DNA of 63,113 nucleotides from an uncultured Gammaproteobacteria bacterium. GTDB taxonomy: Bacteria > Patescibacteriota > Microgenomatia > Levybacterales > GWA1-39-11. The notes under the pieces were generated by a model, which was not told where the DNA came from, ran no database searches, and worked only from the letters and a program-made list of their open reading frames with translations. The first letter of the stretch is position 1. Each line of letters starts with the position of its first letter. Below, piece after piece: positions 58,268 through 63,113 of the stretch. The stretch is from positions 1-63,113 of the forward strand of contig CAYMYC010000005.1 of assembly GCA_964394645.1 (NCBI GenBank), read 5' to 3'. The translations under genes were made by a program, and so were the position numbers.

Positions 58268-59119
58268 ATGGATCCACAAAGTCAATTTAAAGACAGATAC
58301 GAAAAATACGTTCAGCAAAGGAACTCCCAGATGCTAAACACTGTAAACATTCCCCCATCTTCTAAAAAATTTTCCCCTAATAAATTTTATGTCCTAGGAA
58401 TTATACTAGGAATTCTTGTTATTGCTCCCATTGGTGCATTTTTGTTTTTATCAGATCAACTGAATAATCCAACACAAAATACAGTAAGCGTTGAAGAAAA
58501 ATCTCTTACATCACTTTCATCAAACGATGAAATAGATCGCGAAATGCAAAAAATATGGGGTCCTTATTACGAGCAGGCAAAAAACGATCCAAAACTAAGA
58601 GCTGCAGCATCAGAAAATATTCAACTTAGACAAGCCGCGCTTAAGGCAGGCGTTTCAAATTCTAAGATTTCCTCCGCCGAAAATACTAGCTACCAAGAGG
58701 TTCAAAATAAAACAGAGGAGAACTTAGAAAAACAAGTTGTTAACTCAAGAACTATAGACTTTGTAAGTGTTTTTAAAAACCCGCTTAGCACCAACTATGA
58801 ACAAGAAGCAAGTAAAGCAGTAGATACATTAAATCAAATACGCGCACAAACTACGCAGGGAAAAAACTTAGAAGAAGCCTATGCCCAAGTAAAAAATTCA
58901 GCCAGCTTTGACCCTACTATAAAACTTTTCACAAACGAATATATAACAAAAAATTCAGGCTGGAATCCATTATTTAAGGATGCTATCTTCATGCTCAAAC
59001 CCGGTCAAACATCTCAAGTTTTAGTTTCGCCTGGTGGTGCAATCATACTAGCCTACGTTAAAGAAGCAAATGATTCAAAATATGATACCGTAAATCAGTA
59101 TATCAATAATTCAAAATAA
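58268..59119 (+). CDS. TM-anchored PrsA/PpiC-like foldase candidate
   Basis: FKDAIFMLKPGQTSQV..GAIILAYV. Confidence 0.5.
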   Translation: MDPQSQFKDRYEKYVQQRNSQMLNTVNIPPSSKKFSPNKFYVLGIILGILVIAPIGAFLFLSDQLNNPTQNTVSVEEKSLTSLSSNDEIDREMQKIWGPYYEQAKNDPKLRAAASENIQLRQAALKAGVSNSKISSAENTSYQEVQNKTEENLEKQVVNSRTIDFVSVFKNPLSTNYEQEASKAVDTLNQIRAQTTQGKNLEEAYAQVKNSASFDPTIKLFTNEYITKNSGWNPLFKDAIFMLKPGQTSQVLVSPGGAIILAYVKEANDSKYDTVNQYINNSK

Positions 59120-59120
59120 T

Positions 59121-60122
59121 ATGAATCAAATAACAAAAATATTTATAGGAGTTGTATTTTTTATAGCACTCTATCTTATTGGCACAACTACTTCCGAAAA
59201 CGTTGCGTGCGCAAGAAGCTGGGATACCTGTCCAGGAGCAGGAAACGTACCTGTCTCAGAGATTTATCCCGGGCAAAACTATGTAGATTCAGTAGGTCTT
59301 AATTTTAAGATAACCGGTAAGAATATTCCCCCAAATCAGGTCTTCCGAATAGATGTCGGAGCAGCTGCCTGCACCAGTGAAGTAAAATGCTTGAAAAGAT
59401 CTGATTCGACTACAACCTCTCCATTTAACGGAACCGCATCATATGGAAATATCCAAACAATTGGCTGCAGCTCAGGAGGCTGTGATGACAATCTTCAGGT
59501 AAATGCTTATTTTTCAGGCGGATCATTTAACGGCACATGTAAGGTATATGCAGGTGATGGAACACCTGATGTACTTCTTCCAGACGCAACACAGTCAGAA
59601 AATATTAAAAGTAGAAATGGAACGGAAATGTCTTTCTTCTTTTATTTTGATTGCGATGCTCCTTTAGAGCCGACTCCTACTATAACTCCTACTCCTGGCG
59701 TTACCGTAACACCCAAAATCACCATAACTCCTACCGTAGGAGTAACTCAGCCACCTGGAAACACTCCACCACCAACAAATACACCTGGAACCCCTACTCC
59801 TACGCTAGCGTGTCCTATTCCCGCAACCCCTGTTAAAGTAACGGTAACATGCATTGGGTGTGATGGCGGTTCAAACCCGATACCTACTCTTACCCCGACA
59901 CCTATTACAAGCGAACCAACTCCTACGGGAAGTGGAGAATCGGTAACACCAACAGGGAATCAGCCTACAACTACCCCAAGAGTCCCTACACCTACTATTG
60001 ACAATAGCAATCCTAAAGGAAAGCCGGGAGAGGCATGCAATCTTCCTACAGATTGTATAAGTGGTATTTGTAAACAAATTAGCCTGCCAGGCTTACCGAT
60101 AATACAAAAAGTTTGTCAATAA
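59121..60122 (+). CDS. exported Pro/Thr-rich protein with Cys-rich modules
   Basis: Signal peptide, PT linkers, terminal GEAC..C.SG.C module. Confidence 0.65.
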   Translation: MNQITKIFIGVVFFIALYLIGTTTSENVACARSWDTCPGAGNVPVSEIYPGQNYVDSVGLNFKITGKNIPPNQVFRIDVGAAACTSEVKCLKRSDSTTTSPFNGTASYGNIQTIGCSSGGCDDNLQVNAYFSGGSFNGTCKVYAGDGTPDVLLPDATQSENIKSRNGTEMSFFFYFDCDAPLEPTPTITPTPGVTVTPKITITPTVGVTQPPGNTPPPTNTPGTPTPTLACPIPATPVKVTVTCIGCDGGSNPIPTLTPTPITSEPTPTGSGESVTPTGNQPTTTPRVPTPTIDNSNPKGKPGEACNLPTDCISGICKQISLPGLPIIQKVCQ

Positions 60123-60123
60123 T

Positions 60124-60834
60124 ATGAACACAAAACTTAAGAAAAAAATACTTATTATAGGAATTCTTGCATTAGTGATTCTTATTCCAACACTAATCTT
60201 TCTTATTCAAAAACTAACCACACCTCAACCTCCCCAAAGAATCTCACAAGCTCCCAACGCATGCCCAATAGATGGTGGAAAATGCTCATGGAGCACTGTA
60301 TCAGGTGCAACTTCATATGACTATAAAATTATAGATCTTTCAACAAATACTCAATTACTTGCAGGCAACACAACGTCAACCTTTATTACATTTCAACCGG
60401 AAGATGGAAAAAACTACAGATGTGAAGTTATAGCAAAAAATACATGCGGATCCAGTGGTGTAGGCGTTGGTACGGGATCTTGCACTATTCTACCTCCAAC
60501 TGTCACTCCTACACCTACCGTTCCTACACCTACACCAACACCTACTCCTACACCTTCGCCCACACCAACAAAAATACCTACACCTACACCAACACCTACT
60601 CCTACACCTTCGCCCACACCAACAAAAATACCTACACCTACACCAACACGACCTCCTGTTGTGGTCAATCCACCGGTAAATAACCCGCCTCCAATTGTAA
60701 ATAATCCGGTTATTCCAACTACTCCACCTATTCAACCTACTATCCCGCCAAGTGGATCCATAGGTGCAACCGTAGGAATTGTAGGTGGAATTATAATTAC
60801 TGTTATAGGTGGAATCATTATCTTTCTCCTCTAA
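60124..60834 (+). CDS. exported FN3-like + Pro/Thr repeat protein with C-terminal IPPSG + TM tail
   Basis: WSTVSGATSYDY..Y.CEV.A.N.CG; PT repeats; hydrophobic C-terminus. Confidence 0.7.
   Translation: MNTKLKKKILIIGILALVILIPTLIFLIQKLTTPQPPQRISQAPNACPIDGGKCSWSTVSGATSYDYKIIDLSTNTQLLAGNTTSTFITFQPEDGKNYRCEVIAKNTCGSSGVGVGTGSCTILPPTVTPTPTVPTPTPTPTPTPSPTPTKIPTPTPTPTPTPSPTPTKIPTPTPTRPPVVVNPPVNNPPPIVNNPVIPTTPPIQPTIPPSGSIGATVGIVGGIIITVIGGIIIFLL
60523..60649 (+). repeat. perfect 54-bp coding tandem repeat (about 2.3 copies)
   Basis: The unit encodes PTPTPTPTPTPSPTPTKI. Confidence 0.9.
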
Positions 60835-60955
60835 ATACGCGGTGTTGTCTTCATGCGTACTTTTTTGTTAAAATATCAGATCAAGTAATTATGTCGGGGA
60901 TTTTTATCTCAACGTAAACAAAACTTGCGATGGTCATCCCTTTAATAGGATGCGC

Positions 60956-62722
60956 CTAAAAACTCTTTACTTGTGGACTTTGTCCACGAAAATGAACTTT
61001 TACAATTAAATTTTTCTTGAAATCGTTAATACCGAGGGTCGTTAGTTCAGCGGTAGAACGCTTTCCTGTTCTAATTTTTTGGGCGCATGGCTCAGGGGTA
61101 GAGCACGTTCCTGATAAGAACGGGGTCCTTGGTTCGAATCCAAGTGCGCCCACCAACAACGAACTAATCGGCTTTTTTGAAGCCAACATGCGGGACGCGC
61201 GAAGCGCGTCCCAATGGTTTCTGCCTGAATTTCGCCCAGAATCCAAAGGGGAATTCGCCAAAAATGAATCCAAATCCGGCGCGCTTGCGCGCACCTGTTT
61301 TTCGCCGAGGAGGAGGTTCGAGCCAAAGATTTCTTTGGCACAGACCTTTTTCGCAAAAAGGTCTGAATCAGAAGCAATTTTGTCTATATTTTGTGCGACT
61401 TCTATCCAGTTTTGGAAAGGTTCGAGCCAATCATTTTGCTTGTGTGAAAGATTGTAGATTTCTTCTTCGAGTGACTTCTTTTCGGATAACAGTTTTCCTT
61501 TCTGTAAACGATAATCTTCGCGGTCAATATCTTGCTCCAAGTAGCCAGTAAGAAGTCGCTCTAACTTTTGCGACAAAGAAGAAATCTTTTCTTGCTTCTC
61601 TTTTACACAAGCAGTTAAAGACTGGGCGGATTTTCCGTGGTCTTGCAAAGCAAGACGATTGAGTTCCACCGCCCAGTCTTTGGGCAAAGAAACTTTTTTG
61701 ATTAGGGATGATAACTGGTTGTCTAATTCCTCTTGACGAATACAAGGTTCTTCACACTTTATGTTTTTATTTTTCTTGGTGCAGTGGTAATATACATACT
61801 CGTGGACATTTCCGTTCTGCTGTTTCTTAACCTTGTATTCGCCAGTTATCATCATTCCGCATGAGGCGCAGGAAATTAGGCCACAAAAAGGTTGAGGGTC
61901 ATTTATGGGCTTTCTGTCAGGTTTACCGCGAAGTTTCAACATTTCCTGCGCCTGATCAAAAAGTTTCTTTGAAATGATTGGCTCGTACTTTCCTTCGTGG
62001 AGTTCGCCACCATAGCGAAATAGTCCTGTATAAAACGGGTTGGAGAGAATTGAAGTTGCACGGGATTTATGGATTCTCTTTCCGGTTTTTGAAAATAGAT
62101 TGTGCTTCGCCAAAAAGTTTGAGACATCTTCCAGTCTATTGCCGCCTTTTACATAGAACTCAAATGCTTGCTTGATAACCTTGGCTTTCTTTCTGTCAAC
62201 AACCACAGTTTTTGTTCGTGAGTCGTTGATATATCCGACAGGAGCAAGCGTTGGATAATCTCCGTTACGAACTTTTTGGCGTAAACCTCTTTTGGTATTT
62301 TCGGAAAGAGAATCTACATAGTATTTGCTTTGACCGAAAGCCACATTCAACATAAATTTTCCTTGCGAGGTGCTATCGCACCAGAAAGTTGGAAATTTAA
62401 GGCTCACAAGTTTCCCTGTGTCGAGGAGGTAGATTACCTTTCCACCGTCAATACTATTTCTTGCGAGACGATCCGGATGCCAAGAGAGGATAGAATCTGC
62501 ATCGCCCTTTTCAATACACTTCATCATTTCGTTAAATATGGGACGACCTGGAATTTTGGCAGATTGTTTTTCTATAAACTCTTGGGCGATGTTCAGATTT
62601 TCTCTCTTGGCATAGTCTCGCAATTCTTGGAGCTGTGCCTCAATACTCAAAACCTGCTTGTCCTCGACATCAGTGGACTTGCGAGCATACAAAAAGAATT
62701 TTTGCGAAGATATATTATTCAT
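60956..62722 (-). CDS. large serine recombinase (resolvase + recombinase + zinc-ribbon domains); last 64 aa are a read-through of antisense tRNA and host DNA
   Basis: YARKST, DRLARN, APVGY, ILSNPFYTG, CASCG..YYHC; the tail GALGFEPRT is the antisense of a tRNA T-arm. Confidence 0.93.
   Translation of the reverse strand: MNNISSQKFFLYARKSTDVEDKQVLSIEAQLQELRDYAKRENLNIAQEFIEKQSAKIPGRPIFNEMMKCIEKGDADSILSWHPDRLARNSIDGGKVIYLLDTGKLVSLKFPTFWCDSTSQGKFMLNVAFGQSKYYVDSLSENTKRGLRQKVRNGDYPTLAPVGYINDSRTKTVVVDRKKAKVIKQAFEFYVKGGNRLEDVSNFLAKHNLFSKTGKRIHKSRATSILSNPFYTGLFRYGGELHEGKYEPIISKKLFDQAQEMLKLRGKPDRKPINDPQPFCGLISCASCGMMITGEYKVKKQQNGNVHEYVYYHCTKKNKNIKCEEPCIRQEELDNQLSSLIKKVSLPKDWAVELNRLALQDHGKSAQSLTACVKEKQEKISSLSQKLERLLTGYLEQDIDREDYRLQKGKLLSEKKSLEEEIYNLSHKQNDWLEPFQNWIEVAQNIDKIASDSDLFAKKVCAKEIFGSNLLLGEKQVRASAPDLDSFLANSPLDSGRNSGRNHWDALRASRMLASKKPISSLLVGALGFEPRTPFLSGTCSTPEPCAQKIRTGKRSTAELTTLGINDFKKNLIVKVHFRGQSPQVKSF
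61036..61067 (+). pseudogene. 5'-half tRNA relic (Val-like, identity uncertain)
   Basis: GGGTCGT-TA-GTTC-AGCGGTA-GAAC gives the acceptor 5' strand and a complete D-arm, then breaks off. Confidence 0.65.
61081..61155 (+). tRNA. tRNA-Ile(GAU)
   Basis: Full cloverleaf: GGGCGCA/TGCGCCC, D-arm GCTC/GAGC, anticodon arm CGTTC-CTGATAA-GAACG, T-arm CTTGG-TTCGAAT-CCAAG, encoded CCA. Confidence 0.95.
61151..61322 (+). repeat. inverted repeat copy A (172 bp)
   Basis: 100% identical to the reverse complement of 62891-63062 (compared base by base). Confidence 0.95.
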
Positions 62723-62740
62723 ATAAATTTTGAAAACTTA

Positions 62741-62824
62741 AATGGCCGCTCTTGGGGCGCCCACAATGATTGCTCAAAGTGGCCCAAAAACGGCCATTAA
62801 AATAAGCAATCACTATGTGGGCGC
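62741..62824 (-). ncRNA. structured 5' leader of the recombinase (long stem + pseudoknot)
   Basis: 9+8 bp stem (62757-62774 with 62805-62824); an 8-bp loop pairing (62791-62798 with 62741-62748). Confidence 0.5.
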
Positions 62825-62830
62825 GAATTT

Positions 62831-62858
62831 AGTATAGCAAAAATTCTTTTTATATCAA
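62831..62858 (-). promoter_or_regulatory. sigma70-type promoter of the recombinase
   Basis: TTGATA-16-TATACT. Confidence 0.6.
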
Positions 62859-62874
62859 AGCAAATACTATGAGT

Positions 62875-63062
62875 CAAAATTGCTTCTGATCTCGAACCTC
62901 CTCCTCGGCGAAAAACAGGTGCGCGCAAGCGCGCCGGATTTGGATTCATTTTTGGCGAATTCCCCTTTGGATTCTGGGCGAAATTCAGGCAGAAACCATT
63001 GGGACGCGCTTCGCGCGTCCCGCATGTTGGCTTCAAAAAAGCCGATTAGTTCGTTGTTGGTG
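62875..63062 (-). repeat. inverted repeat copy B (172 bp plus a 16-bp block, lacking 44 bp present in copy A)
   Basis: 62875-62890 matches 61367-61382; 61323-61366 is absent; followed by the alternative tail YLLYQVRTHFQNR* ending at 63104. Confidence 0.9.
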
Positions 63063-63113
63063 TATTTATTGTACCAAGTTAGAACCCATTTCCAAAATCG
63101 GTAATGTGGCACG

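Larger units (their letters stand above)
61151..63113 (-). mobile_element. LSR-encoding element joined to the tRNA-Ile 3' end, bounded by long inverted repeats
   Basis: Junction at CACCA; GC-rich hairpin-rich end; solo recombinase. Confidence 0.65.

Noticed and set aside
60523-60649. 54-bp repeats as a CRISPR array
   Set aside because: They are contiguous with no spacers and encode a Pro/Thr linker.
61081-61155. Intron or suppressor features in tRNA-Ile
   Set aside because: Canonical 75-nt cloverleaf with a 7-nt anticodon loop.
61017-61745. Overlapping ORFs 61017-61457, 61042-61377, 61177-61551, 61524-61745 and 62797-63036
   Set aside because: Shadow frames of the GC-rich recombinase end and the tRNA, with no independent protein features.

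Overview
AT-rich bacterial chromosome segment. Gene content and style suggest Patescibacteria/CPR, Microgenomates-like (inference): short EF-Ts, rpsB-tsf-rseP-frr-recR without pyrH, many TM-anchored Pro/Thr-rich exported proteins and apparently leaderless genes. It carries a stress/redox/membrane accessory block (1-33 kb), a core block (purB, recR, frr, rseP, tsf, rpsB), two clusters of exported proteins (40-46 kb, 56.7-60.8 kb), glyA and a uppS-like gene, a thymidylate operon (dcd, tmk, dcd-like, four-helix-bundle gene, thyA, NUDIX, folA), and tRNA-Ile(GAU) with a large serine recombinase (LSR) gene at the right end. No rRNA, CRISPR array or phage structural genes were seen. Strongest candidate for an undescribed system: the LSR gene runs antisense through the tRNA-Ile it abuts. 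Its 3' 172 bp recur as a perfect inverted copy just upstream of its own promoter, and that copy carries a different 13-aa C-terminus. This could be a self-inverting recombinase that swaps its own tail, but a contig-end artefact must be excluded. Other highlights: a TrpR-like gene with two inverted copies of a 24-bp CTAG-centred palindromic site; REP-like in-frame insertions in thyA (nested) and the dcd-like gene; a four-helix-bundle gene bracketed by complementary repeats; a prepilin-like vWA/metallopeptidase cluster with an A8 frameshift; a shared TM-DxRxxA export motif; and candidate ATA/ATT starts. All product calls come from motif recognition by eye, with no database searches.
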